Of a stretch of DNA of 32,000 bases, positions 9,294 through 18,297 are shown in pieces. Both the position numbers and the translations under genes were made by a program. Origin of the DNA: Candidatus Baldrarchaeum yapensis (GTDB taxonomy: Archaea; Asgardarchaeota; Baldrarchaeia; Baldrarchaeales; Baldrarchaeaceae); NCBI GenBank assembly GCA_016840465.1, contig JAEOSH010000013.1, forward strand, positions 14,426-46,425. The letters run 5' to 3'. The notes beneath the pieces are model-generated. The model was not told where the DNA came from. It was given only the letters and a program-made list of their open reading frames with translations, and made no database searches. Numbering within the stretch: position 1 is the stretch's first letter; each line of letters opens with the position of its first letter.

Positions 9294-9686
9294 TTTCTCG
9301 TATAGATGGGTAACATAACACTCATTTTTACTCTTTATGAAGTTCCGTGTACTTGCCAATTTTTGTTTTACAGGTGCCCTTCCTGACATCCGGAGATTAT
9401 TTCGGAAAAATGATTTAAAATTTGTAATTCCCAAAATGATTCTCCTTGAGTCATCTGCCTTATTTTCTAATTTTTCTAAACAGAGCATAGTCCCTTTCTT
9501 AATGCACTCTTTCATATTATCTGTTAATTGCCGTAACGAGGTTCCACATGACACCTTTTAGCTTAGTGAGACGGCATCGTCAGGAATTCGATGAAGCGTG
9601 TTGCTTTGGTCAGGTTTACTGGGCCTTACATTTTAAAGCCTTAAGACGATCTTGCATATTGCATGCAAATGTCCTAAGACGTATGA

Positions 9687-10348
9687 ATGCATTGTACGCT
9701 GGCGATAAGACGAGAGGGAGAGAATAAGGGAATCAGAATTGAAGTCAATGACCTGAAAAAGGTCGCAATTTTTACCTTCGTCAGTATCTGTATTGATATC
9801 AGCATCACTTTTTGTCTCTGGATAATGTTCGATAACGAAATGGTTCTCCTGACCCTACTCCTAATGGTGGTATTCGCGCTCACAGACCCTCCACTGTTGT
9901 ACGTCTCACGTCGGCCGGAATCGACGAGAGGATTTTTAAGATCTTATCTGTACTCTCCTAGATATCGCCGAAGCAGTGGGCGTTTAGTAAATGGATGGGA
10001 GGACTCGCTGTAGCGAGAACAAGGGACGGGACATTCTATGTGATTTATACGTTTTATGTACTGCGGGTGGCGTGCGTACGCGGGGTTATCGTGGATAGAG
10101 GACGATTATCTTTCTCCAAATTTAAAAGACTCTAGTACTTAAGAACTATGGAAGCGCCGCTCCGGGGATATGAAAAGTACGGAAACATAAAGGTTCATAG
10201 ATCAAGAGGTACGTTTTTCATCCCTTCACTCGAACATACGGGCGAACTTTACGAGATTTCGGGTTCTAGGACATTAATACTGGCTGGAGAGATCGACCCG
10301 CGAGAAATTGTTGAAAACCTCAAAGCATTGTGCTTAGAGTTTTACTAA
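9687..10348 (+). pseudogene. Possible degraded membrane-protein gene (two ORF fragments, 9687-10013 and 10148-10348)
   Basis: The first fragment has two hydrophobic stretches and the second is globular-looking. They are separated by stops/frameshifts. No family recognised. Confidence 0.25.
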
Positions 10349-10505
10349 GAGCTCCAAATAGACGCCTTTCAATAGAATAATTAATATTTTAATGTTCGTA
10401 ACCTCCCCTTTACCTCCAATATACGTTATTTTTAGTCTCCGGCAACCAGCAAGAGTCATTTTTACACGGTCCGTTCATTAGACTCCCGCTATAGGCAAAT
10501 TGAAA

Positions 10506-10551
10506 TATTACAGCAATTGTATTACACTTAAGTGAATATCATATGTGTAAT
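10506..10551. promoter_or_regulatory. Possible autoregulatory operator of the RHH antitoxin
   Basis: TATTACA twice (10506, 10520) and inverted ATTACAC/GTGTAAT (10521-10527 / 10545-10551) overlapping the gene start. Confidence 0.35.
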
Positions 10552-10744
10552 CACAATCAGGATAGATGACGAACTCATCAAGGAATTGGAGGCGATAAAG
10601 GAGAGATACAAGTTCAAGTCGCTCAGCGAGGTGGTGAGGAAGGCAATAAAGGAATTCGTTCTGAGCAGAACGCTACCATGGAGTAGCCGCGAGGAAGTCT
10701 ACCGCTACTTCCGCGAGAAAAGGAAGGCTGTGCAGGGGGTCTGA
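10532..10744 (+). CDS. vapB: Ribbon-helix-helix (CopG/VapB-like) antitoxin, 3' end truncated by the repeat insertion
   Basis: VITIRIDDELIKELEAI...SLSEVVRKAIKEF RHH pattern. The stop codon is supplied by the first bases of the inserted element. The putative original tail lies at 10975-11010. Confidence 0.8.
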   Translation: MNIICVITIRIDDELIKELEAIKERYKFKSLSEVVRKAIKEFVLSRTLPWSSREEVYRYFREKRKAVQGV

Positions 10745-10975
10745 AACAGTTTTCGGTTTAAGTAATTTTCAGGCATTTTCGTAAAAGTTTAAATGGTATC
10801 GCTCCATTATTCGGTCAGGTCGAGGCCGATGAAAAGGACGAGGTTGATGAGTACGGGTGGGTTCCGCTTCGCCGAACCAGTCCGGTGAGCGTGCGAGCGA
10901 CCGGGAGCCGTGATGGCCCACTTGGTGGCTGAAAATTACTTTAAATTGCTGAATGCTACCAAGTGGGAGAACGGT
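10739..10975 (+). mobile_element. Non-autonomous non-coding repeat element, copy 1 (237 bp; 36-bp internal deletion relative to copy 2)
   Basis: Nearly identical to 22184-22456 (5 substitutions + one 36-nt indel), with unrelated flanks. Inserted at the end of vapB. 13-bp subterminal IR AAGTAATTTTCAG (10760-10772) / CTGAAAATTACTT (10929-10941). Boundaries uncertain by 1-2 nt. Confidence 0.8.
10780..10795 (+). promoter_or_regulatory. Archaeal BRE-TATA inside element copy 1 (CGTAAAAG-TTTAAATG)
   Basis: Matches the archaeal BRE + TATA consensus and is identical in both copies. Confidence 0.55.
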
Positions 10976-11006
10976 TAGAGGACCTGCATGAGGAGGAAGA
11001 TACGCT

Positions 11007-11487
11007 GTGATATATTTGGAGGCGTCGGCTCTCTGGACAATGTACTACGGCGAGCCCGGCGGGGATAACGTGATATGGCTCCTTAAGAACTACAAGTGCT
11101 ACACCGCGGAGTGGATGGTTCTGGAGTTGTGCAGAGCGGTTGCAAAGAAGTACAACCAGGGAGAAATAAATGATAAGGAGGCGCGCTCCCTCGAGATGTT
11201 CATACTGGCGGATATTGAGAGGCTGAAAAGGGAGGGGAGGCTGGAGTTAATAAGGATAACTTGGCCCCTGGATAAGGAAGGCATACCACCTCATTCTTCC
11301 ACTCAACCTCTATGCATCCGATGCACTACACTTGGCGGCGCTTCACTCCGGCGCAAAGGTCATGCTGGTCGATGACTTCCATTTTACGAGAATGGAGGAT
11401 AAAGTTAAAGGTATACGCATAGTACTCATCACGGAGAAGAAAGATAACATTATAAAGGTAATTCACGACTCAAAAAACAGCGATTAG
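11007..11487 (+). pseudogene. vapC: PIN-domain (VapC) toxin, frameshifted
   Basis: N-terminus IYLEASAL...LELCRAV. After a +1 shift at ~11270 the frame continues IRKAYHLILPLNLYASDALHLAALHSGAKVMLVDDFHF...SD* (PIN DALHLA motif). Confidence 0.85.
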
Positions 11488-11587
11488 ACACTCATGGTTG
11501 TTCTTCTATAAATTCGCCACATGCATCCAAGAATCCCTCGTTCTTATATGGCTATGGTGCAATATTTTGTTATGAGAATATCCTCGG

Positions 11588-12856
11588 GTGTATTCCATGA
11601 AGAAAGTATTACTGCCACAGTGCGCATGGTTTGGAGACTTTGAAATGGAAATATCGTTTCCCGACGAGTGGGAGGTCAGCGTAAGGACTATGCAAGGGCA
11701 TGGTAAAAGCTCGATAAGCGAGGAACAAATAAGGCATGCTTTGAGGAACCCTATAGGAACGATGCCCCTCAGCAAGCTTGCCGAGGGGAAGAAGGACGTT
11801 GTAATAATATTCGATGATTTGACGCGCCCAACAAGGGTGTACGAGATAGTGCCGCATATAATTGAGGAACTGAGAAAAGCGGGAATAAAGGACGAGAATA
11901 TACGGTTCATATGTGCAAACGGGGCCCACGGGACGTACACCAGAGCCGATTTTACCAAGAAATTGGGAGAGAACTTCGTTGAGAACTTCGCGGTTTTCAA
12001 CCATAACCCCTACGCAAACTTGGTCTACGTGGGGGACACAAGCTATGGAACACCAGTAGAGATAAACGCGGAGGTCATGGCGTGCGATTTGAAGATCGCC
12101 GTAGGATGCATAGTTCCTCACCCCTACTTCGGATACGGCGGAGGAGCAAAGATTGTACTTCCCGGCGTCGCGGGTATGCGATCCATTTGCTTCAACCACG
12201 GGGACCTTGGAGGATACTCCACCGCAATGAACCATAGGAGGGTTCACCCTTCGTGCGATATGGCCTACGGGAGGGTAAATGAAGAAAACATACTTAGACG
12301 TGATGCAGAAGAGGCGGCAAAACTGGCGGGACTCGACTTTATAGTAAATGTGCTCGTGGATCTGCGAAGAAACTCCACAGACATATTTGCTGGGCACTTC
12401 ATCGATGCCCAGAGAAGAGGTGTGGAAGTAGCAAAGGACCACTATCGGACACCAATACTGCCCAACGCGGACATCGTCATTTCAAATGCGTACTCCAAGG
12501 GAAGCGAGGCGGCAATAGCAGCGTGGCCGGTGATAACCCTGAAAGAGGGCGGGGACATGGTGATAATAGTGAATTCCCCAACGGGGCAGGTCCCACACTT
12601 CGTTCACGGAAGATGGGGGCTCAAGAGGAGAGGTGGGGACCTCTACCTTCCACCCCTGAGACTTCTGGAGAGAGCGGGAAGGATCATCCTATTCACACAG
12701 TACCCCGAAAAGCAGCCGCCCCTTGAGATCACGATCCCGGAGAAGACGATCACCCTTAAAAGTTGGGACGAGGTTCTGGAGGAACTCAAGAACAGACATA
12801 AAGGCCGAGTGAGAGTTGCAGTGTACCCGGATGCGACGATACAGAAGCCTTTCTAA
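11588..12856 (+). CDS. LarA-family nickel-pincer-nucleotide-dependent 2-hydroxyacid racemase/epimerase (DUF2088)
   Basis: DDLTRP, NGAHG, VPHPYFGYGGGAK and FNHG correspond to the LarA catalytic His and cofactor-binding Lys/His motifs. Confidence 0.88.
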   Translation: MYSMKKVLLPQCAWFGDFEMEISFPDEWEVSVRTMQGHGKSSISEEQIRHALRNPIGTMPLSKLAEGKKDVVIIFDDLTRPTRVYEIVPHIIEELRKAGIKDENIRFICANGAHGTYTRADFTKKLGENFVENFAVFNHNPYANLVYVGDTSYGTPVEINAEVMACDLKIAVGCIVPHPYFGYGGGAKIVLPGVAGMRSICFNHGDLGGYSTAMNHRRVHPSCDMAYGRVNEENILRRDAEEAAKLAGLDFIVNVLVDLRRNSTDIFAGHFIDAQRRGVEVAKDHYRTPILPNADIVISNAYSKGSEAAIAAWPVITLKEGGDMVIIVNSPTGQVPHFVHGRWGLKRRGGDLYLPPLRLLERAGRIILFTQYPEKQPPLEITIPEKTITLKSWDEVLEELKNRHKGRVRVAVYPDATIQKPF

Positions 12857-13059
12857 CTTACCGCCATTTCTTTAATCACCCGCCCTCCGTCACTCTCGCA
12901 GATGGCGCATGTTGCGAAGATCACATATATGTGACGAGAAATTCTTAGACGGTTCTTTTTGACCATAAAACTTTTTTCTGGAGTGGAGACTATCTTGGTA
13001 TTAGCATGTCCGAAAATCGATCGACAAATTTCTCGATATCGGATAAGTAAGGTGTTCAT

Positions 13060-13988
13060 ATGTGCGGAATTGCAGGATTGCTTTTCGCATCCGGATCGGG
13101 ACCCGTTGGTGAGTACCTGATAACAATGCTCAGGGCTCTTCAGCATCGTGGCACGGACTCGACAGGGGCTGCCATCTACAGGGATAATGGGAAATCTAGA
13201 GACCTGATACTGAGAGTTCTTGCCGAGGACGTGGTGGGGGCGCTTGCAAAGATATCATCCGCGATCGCCAGTGTCGGTGGAAACATAAGAAACGTGGAGA
13301 TGAACGTTTCGATAAAGGAGGGATACGGTTACGACAGATACGAGGTCGCATATAACGGTAACATAAGGAGACTTGTGGAGGCGGTGGAAGGGACGAGGAT
13401 TGCGAAGATAATAAGCGTAGGAAGATACGTGGAAATACTGAAGGATACTCTTCCGGTCGATGAGTTCAACTCCACATTCAAAGTTTTTAAGATGCAGGGA
13501 AGTCACGGACTCGGACATATCCGGTTCTCAACGGAGAGCCGAGTAGACCTCTTTCACGCACACCCATTCCAAGACATCGACAACCCTGATATCGTTGTTG
13601 TTCATAACGGCCAGATAACGAACTACTGGAAGATACGTAGAACCCTCGAAATGAAGGGCGTACGTTTCCTCACCGACAACGACTCTGAACTAATAGTGCA
13701 CTACATCGCTTACAAGATGAGCAAGGGAATGAACTTCGAGGACGCGCTAAAGTGTAGTATTCGGGAGCTGGACGGACCATTTGCGTACATGATCGCAACA
13801 CCTGATGCCCTCGGACTTGTGCGCGATAAGTTGGGACTACGCCCCTTAGTTATGGGAGTTAGTGAGGAGGTGCTGGTGGGGGCGAGTGAAGAGGGGGCAT
13901 CCAAGCAATAGAGGCAATGTGCGGTTGTGAGTTCTCGAAGAAGTACTTAAGCCCAGGGGAGGTCGTGGTATGGCATCTGAAAAGGTGA
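13060..13988 (+). pseudogene. Class II glutamine amidotransferase (GlxB/MgsA or GltB1-like) with inserted ACT-like domain; frameshift near the C-terminus
   Basis: N-terminal MCGIAG, HRGTDSTG, GHIRFSTES, HPF, HNGQITN, DNDSE, RDKLGLRP. The frame breaks at ~13894-13901; the shifted frame continues QAIEAMCGCEFSKKYLSPGEVVVWHLKR*. Confidence 0.8.
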
Positions 13989-14332
13989 TCACTGCAAGAG
14001 GAAGAAAAACGCGGGAGATAAACCGCATGATAAAGGAGTTCGTCAGGGAGGGAGTCGATAAGATAACGATACTCGATCCCATGGGCATCGCCACCCAGGA
14101 TCCGAGGTTACGGAGAAGACTGGACGTGGAAGTTGCAACAAGGAGGATCGAGAATTTGCTGAAGGCTATGATAAAGGAGATGTGCATGATCGCACAGCTG
14201 GCCGGGAAGACGAGTCCGCTAAATCTCGAAAAGGAGGATCTGAGGGCATTGACCGTGGATGCATCGGCGATCACCGGAGTGAAACTTGTGGGTTCGGAAA
14301 GCGTCGTGAACGGGGCGAATGGTTACGAATAA
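13970..14332 (+). pseudogene. In-frame deletion fusion: GlxC (GXGXG-domain) N-terminus joined to the GlxD/GltB2 FMN-domain C-terminus
   Basis: First ~37 aa (ITARGRKTREINRMIKEFV...ITILDP) resemble a GlxC/FwdC-type start. The rest (PMGIATQDPRLRRRL...ENLLKAM...IAQLAGK...DLRAL) is the glutamate-synthase FMN-domain tail. Confidence 0.75.
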
Positions 14333-14396
14333 TTCTGCAAAATCTTTATTCCCCCGTTACCTAATTTACCTCAAACTGTGGTGAGGTAGCGGCTAG

Positions 14397-15584
14397 GTGA
14401 GTGAGGAGAGGTCCTTCGATGTAATTGTTGTTGGTGCCGGTCCAGCAGGAAGCATGGCAGCGCGGGAGGCGGCAAGGAGAGGGGTCAGGGTTCTCCTGAT
14501 AGACAAGGAGAAATTTCCGAGGTACAAGGTGTGCGGCGGTGGGGTTGCCCCCTGGGTCATAAAGAAACTCTCAGTGCCATCCGATATCATTGAAAGGCAT
14601 GCTAAGAGGATGGGCGTGTGCGCTCCGCCCTCCTACGAGGTCCTGGAGTTCGAAATGCCAACGGGATACTATCTCGTATTCAGGGATAAGTTCGATAACT
14701 ACCTTTTGAAACTGGCGAGGGAGGCAGGAGCAAAGGTTCTGGAAGGCGTCAGGGTAACCGATGTGATCTTCGAGGGAGATCTCGTTAGAGGTGTGAAAAC
14801 AACGCGCGGAGAGTTTGAAGCGAAGGTCGTGATAGCATGCGACGGGGCAACTTCCGTGGTGGCGAGGAGAGCCGGATTTTGGGATAAATGGTTCACAGAA
14901 AAGGGAGAAAGTTGGGAGGAGCACATGGCGTTCTGCGTCCAGAGCGAAATTGCACTGGACGATGAGATCATCGACAACAGAATAGGCAATAAGCTTATGT
15001 TCTTCGCGGGGTCGAGGGTTGCGCCTCTGGGTTATGGCTGGATCTTCCCCAAGAGGGGAATCGTATCCGTCGGTCTCGGAAGTGCTGTAGGGGAGTTTGA
15101 GGAGAAGCCCACCGAATATCTGAGGAGGTTCATAGAAGAACATCCGGTTGCGTCGAGGCTGCTGGAGGGTGGCAGGATCGTCAGGGCAAAGGGCTCATAC
15201 GTGCCTTTCAAGCATACTTTTAAGCCAAGCTATGATAATGGGATTCTCGTGGCGGGGGACGCGTGCGGACATGTGTCACCAATAACAGGAGAGGGGATTT
15301 TCTACGCCGTCAGGGCGGGCATGATAGCCGGGGAGGTTGCGGCAGAGAGCATTAGGAGAGGAGACCAGTCTGCCATGTTCCTGAGAGAATACGAGAAGCG
15401 GTGGCAACGGGTGATAGGTGTGCATCTTGATGTCCAGGCAAAAATATTTGAGGAGACTTATGCAAAACTCAAAGAGGTCGAACCCGAGGATGTCGATAAG
15501 TACTACGGGGAGGTTCTGAAGGAGGCGTTCCTCAAGTTCATACAGTACCTCTTGTCGTACATTTCGAGGAAAAGGAAAGGATGA
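14397..15584 (+). CDS. Geranylgeranyl reductase-family FAD oxidoreductase
   Basis: VIVVGAGPAGS, KVCGGG, GYGWIFPK, GDACGHVSPITGEGI motifs. Confidence 0.9.
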   Translation: MSEERSFDVIVVGAGPAGSMAAREAARRGVRVLLIDKEKFPRYKVCGGGVAPWVIKKLSVPSDIIERHAKRMGVCAPPSYEVLEFEMPTGYYLVFRDKFDNYLLKLAREAGAKVLEGVRVTDVIFEGDLVRGVKTTRGEFEAKVVIACDGATSVVARRAGFWDKWFTEKGESWEEHMAFCVQSEIALDDEIIDNRIGNKLMFFAGSRVAPLGYGWIFPKRGIVSVGLGSAVGEFEEKPTEYLRRFIEEHPVASRLLEGGRIVRAKGSYVPFKHTFKPSYDNGILVAGDACGHVSPITGEGIFYAVRAGMIAGEVAAESIRRGDQSAMFLREYEKRWQRVIGVHLDVQAKIFEETYAKLKEVEPEDVDKYYGEVLKEAFLKFIQYLLSYISRKRKG

Positions 15585-16298
15585 CTAACTTGTCATCTCT
15601 CTAAGGATGTTCATCATCTGCCTTCCGTTTACTAGCATCCCGGTGTCGTTGTTGAAGAAGACGTAAATTCTCCTAGGATTTTTTGACAGCATCTGCTCCG
15701 CAACTTCCCTTAATTCCTCCTCGCTGTACACGTGCGAGTACCATGCGGTTCTGCCATGCATCCTAAGGTAAATCGTCCCGTTGATTGCAAAGATCCTCCG
15801 GGGGAGATCCGGCGCATCCACGGAAACTAACGTTATCCCGAGATCTTCCGCCCACTTCTCCCACCTTTCCGAAAACCACTCAACATGCCTCCACTCGAGG
15901 GCAAACCTGTCACCCAATTCCGCCCTTGAGACGAATCTCTCTATTCTCGCAACATACGTCTCGGAGGGCTTAATAAACGGGGGTAGTTGAAAGAGGTAAA
16001 AATCGACCTTGGGGTCAAGCGGTTCAAAAAGATTCCTGAACTTTACCCATGTTTCAAACGCGCGGTTGCTCATCTTAAAAACGTGAGTTACGAACCTGTT
16101 GACCTTCACTGCCCATCGGAACGATTCAGGGGACTTCCTTGCCCACCCTAAAACCTGATTTTTGAACGGGAACCTGTAGTAACTAGCATTCAACTCGACG
16201 CAATTTAAACCGGAATTCTTTACATACCAGTCGAAAGTTCCTCCCTTGTTCCAGTGATACATCCACCCCGACGTTCCAACGTAAATTTTCATTGACAT
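15585..16298 (-). CDS. DUF72 (UPF0759) TIM-barrel protein
   Basis: IYVGTSGW, VELNASYYRFP, FQLPP, EWRH, YLRMHG, YVFFNND motifs. ATG 16298 behind AAGGTGG. Confidence 0.9.
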   Translation of the reverse strand: MSMKIYVGTSGWMYHWNKGGTFDWYVKNSGLNCVELNASYYRFPFKNQVLGWARKSPESFRWAVKVNRFVTHVFKMSNRAFETWVKFRNLFEPLDPKVDFYLFQLPPFIKPSETYVARIERFVSRAELGDRFALEWRHVEWFSERWEKWAEDLGITLVSVDAPDLPRRIFAINGTIYLRMHGRTAWYSHVYSEEELREVAEQMLSKNPRRIYVFFNNDTGMLVNGRQMMNILREMTS

Positions 16299-16560
16299 CG
16301 ATTCCACCTTCTGAAATACGCCCCATTGCCCGCCAGCAACACACAATGCGGTGCGCTACCGATACACACACTTGATTTTTGCCGTCATAAATGTTAAAGT
16401 TCCGGATTCCCGCCGACATGCAGTTACATGTCCGTAAAACTCTGAAGTGTTATGATACAAACATATTGAATTAAATGTATATACGACGTCATATTACCGT
16501 ATACCTGTGGAGTGTGGGCAGCCTCCACGCCGTTGGTAGCCACCCTCATGGGCAAATTAT

Positions 16561-18057
16561 TTGATCCGAGGAAGTGATCAGGAGGGATCGGCATTGCCGG
16601 AAGCCGCGCCACTTACAAGCAGTTTGGAGGTGCTTAAGAGCACGATCGATAGAAGACTTGTAAGATTCATACTAAGGAAACTTTCAGGGCGGTGCTCGAA
16701 AGACGAAAAGAGCAGGCTGGAGGTTGCACTGGAACTGTATACCGGTGTGAGGGACAAGGCGTGCTGGACGTGCACCCACATAGTTGCGCCGATAGTCAGA
16801 TGGGCGGTGAGCCGTGGAGGGAAAGCATTCGGGGTAAGCGATGAGCAGCTGAAGGAGAGGTTCAAGGACGTTTACTGGCGTAGGGGGCTGGTCAACGTAA
16901 TAAGGGGAATTGCGAAGTTTGGCGTTAGGAAACCGTTCACACCGGGCGCACCGTTCCTTGTTGTATGGAACTACACTCAGATGTGTAACCTTCGGTGTAA
17001 GCACTGCTACGCATCTGCTGGAAAGCCCCATCCCAATGAACTGAACACCGAGGAGGCGAAGAATGTCGTTAAAGAACTCGCAGACACCGGAGTGACAATA
17101 ATAGCGTTTTCCGGGGGAGAACCACTTATCAGGAAGGACTTCTTCGAGGTCGCGCAACTAGCGCACGATTACGGAATATTCACCGCAGTTGCCACGAATG
17201 GAACCCTGATCACCGAGGAGGTTGCTAAGAAGCTTAAGGACATAGGAATAGGCTACGTGCAGATAAGCCTGGATGGCGCGACCCCCGAAACTCACGATAG
17301 CTTCAGAGGTCTTAAGGGGGTTTACGAAAAAGTCATCCGCGCGATAAAGAACTGCGTGAAGCAGGAAGTGTTCGTGGAAGTTGCAACAACAGCCACGAAG
17401 CTGACCTACAAGGAAATTCCTGAGGTCATAGAGCTCTGTGAAAGGCTGGGCGTCAACTGGTGGATGATGTACAACTTTGTGCCCACGGGCAGGGGGAGAT
17501 TCATAATCGAGAACGATTTGAGCCCCGAGGAAAGGGAGGAGTTGCTGAGATTCCTATGGGAGAGACTGAGATCCGGGAAGAGAATGCAAGTGCTGAGTAC
17601 CGCACCGCAGTTTGCAAGGGTCGCTCTCCAGATGGAGAGAGTATACGGTAAAGGAGATGAGGAAATCATCGTTCCAACGCACTTCTATAACCCGCGTCTC
17701 CGAGGACAGTTGATAAACCTCAGCGAATTCATAGGGGGGTGCGGCGCCGGTAGGTTCTACTGCGCCATAGACCCCGATGGGACGATCACGCCTTGCGTCT
17801 TCTTCCCATTGCCAGTGGGTAACATTAAAGTGGACGATTTCGAGGAACTATGGGAGACGTGCGAGGTATTTGAGCATCTGAGGAATAGGGACTTACTTAA
17901 AGGGAACTGTGGAAGATGTGAGTACAGGTATGTTTGTGGCGGATGCCGCGCAAGAGCCTACGGATACTTCAGGGATTACCTTGCACCCGATCCCGGATGC
18001 ATAAACAACAGAGACCTGTGGGAGAAGTTGAAACTCGCAGATGTCGCATCCCATTAG
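16561..18057 (+). CDS. Radical SAM/SPASM-domain protein (PqqE/NirJ/AhbC-D-like clade) with N-terminal extension
   Basis: CNLRCKHC, FSGGEP, ISLDG; SPASM CGAGR...ITPC...CGRCEYRYVCGGCRARA. Start may be TTG 16594. Confidence 0.9.
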   Translation: MIRGSDQEGSALPEAAPLTSSLEVLKSTIDRRLVRFILRKLSGRCSKDEKSRLEVALELYTGVRDKACWTCTHIVAPIVRWAVSRGGKAFGVSDEQLKERFKDVYWRRGLVNVIRGIAKFGVRKPFTPGAPFLVVWNYTQMCNLRCKHCYASAGKPHPNELNTEEAKNVVKELADTGVTIIAFSGGEPLIRKDFFEVAQLAHDYGIFTAVATNGTLITEEVAKKLKDIGIGYVQISLDGATPETHDSFRGLKGVYEKVIRAIKNCVKQEVFVEVATTATKLTYKEIPEVIELCERLGVNWWMMYNFVPTGRGRFIIENDLSPEEREELLRFLWERLRSGKRMQVLSTAPQFARVALQMERVYGKGDEEIIVPTHFYNPRLRGQLINLSEFIGGCGAGRFYCAIDPDGTITPCVFFPLPVGNIKVDDFEELWETCEVFEHLRNRDLLKGNCGRCEYRYVCGGCRARAYGYFRDYLAPDPGCINNRDLWEKLKLADVASH

Positions 18058-18297
18058 CGAACTCTAAATAACTCTTATTTTTTGGTAATGTTTTTTATCT
18101 GGACGCAACGGTATTCTTTCTGTTTGATCATTTTTCGTCCCTTTATTTACGGGGTGCAATATGGCATCATACCGTGAACCCGTGCGGGGTAATGGGCAAA
18201 GCGTCGGTGGTGTTACCGTTCTCCGTAATCGTACGATGTTACTTTGCAATGTTTATATGCCACTGGAGTATTTTTGTTCACAAAAGGGGGTTGCTGT

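Noticed and set aside
10793-10932. + strand reading PLFGQVEADEKDEVDEYGW inside the element resembles the IS1595-type L.G.VE.DE transposase motif
   Set aside because: Copy 2 has a stop (GAT TAG) in this frame, the following residues do not fit the motif, and there are no IS1595-like terminal IRs or 8-bp TSD. Kept only as a remote possibility.
10900-10976. GAGCCGTG...ACGGTT resembles group II intron domain V (AGC/GUU)
   Set aside because: Copy 2 reads AGT and ACGGTA, the spacing is far too long for DV, and there are no GUGYG/AY boundaries
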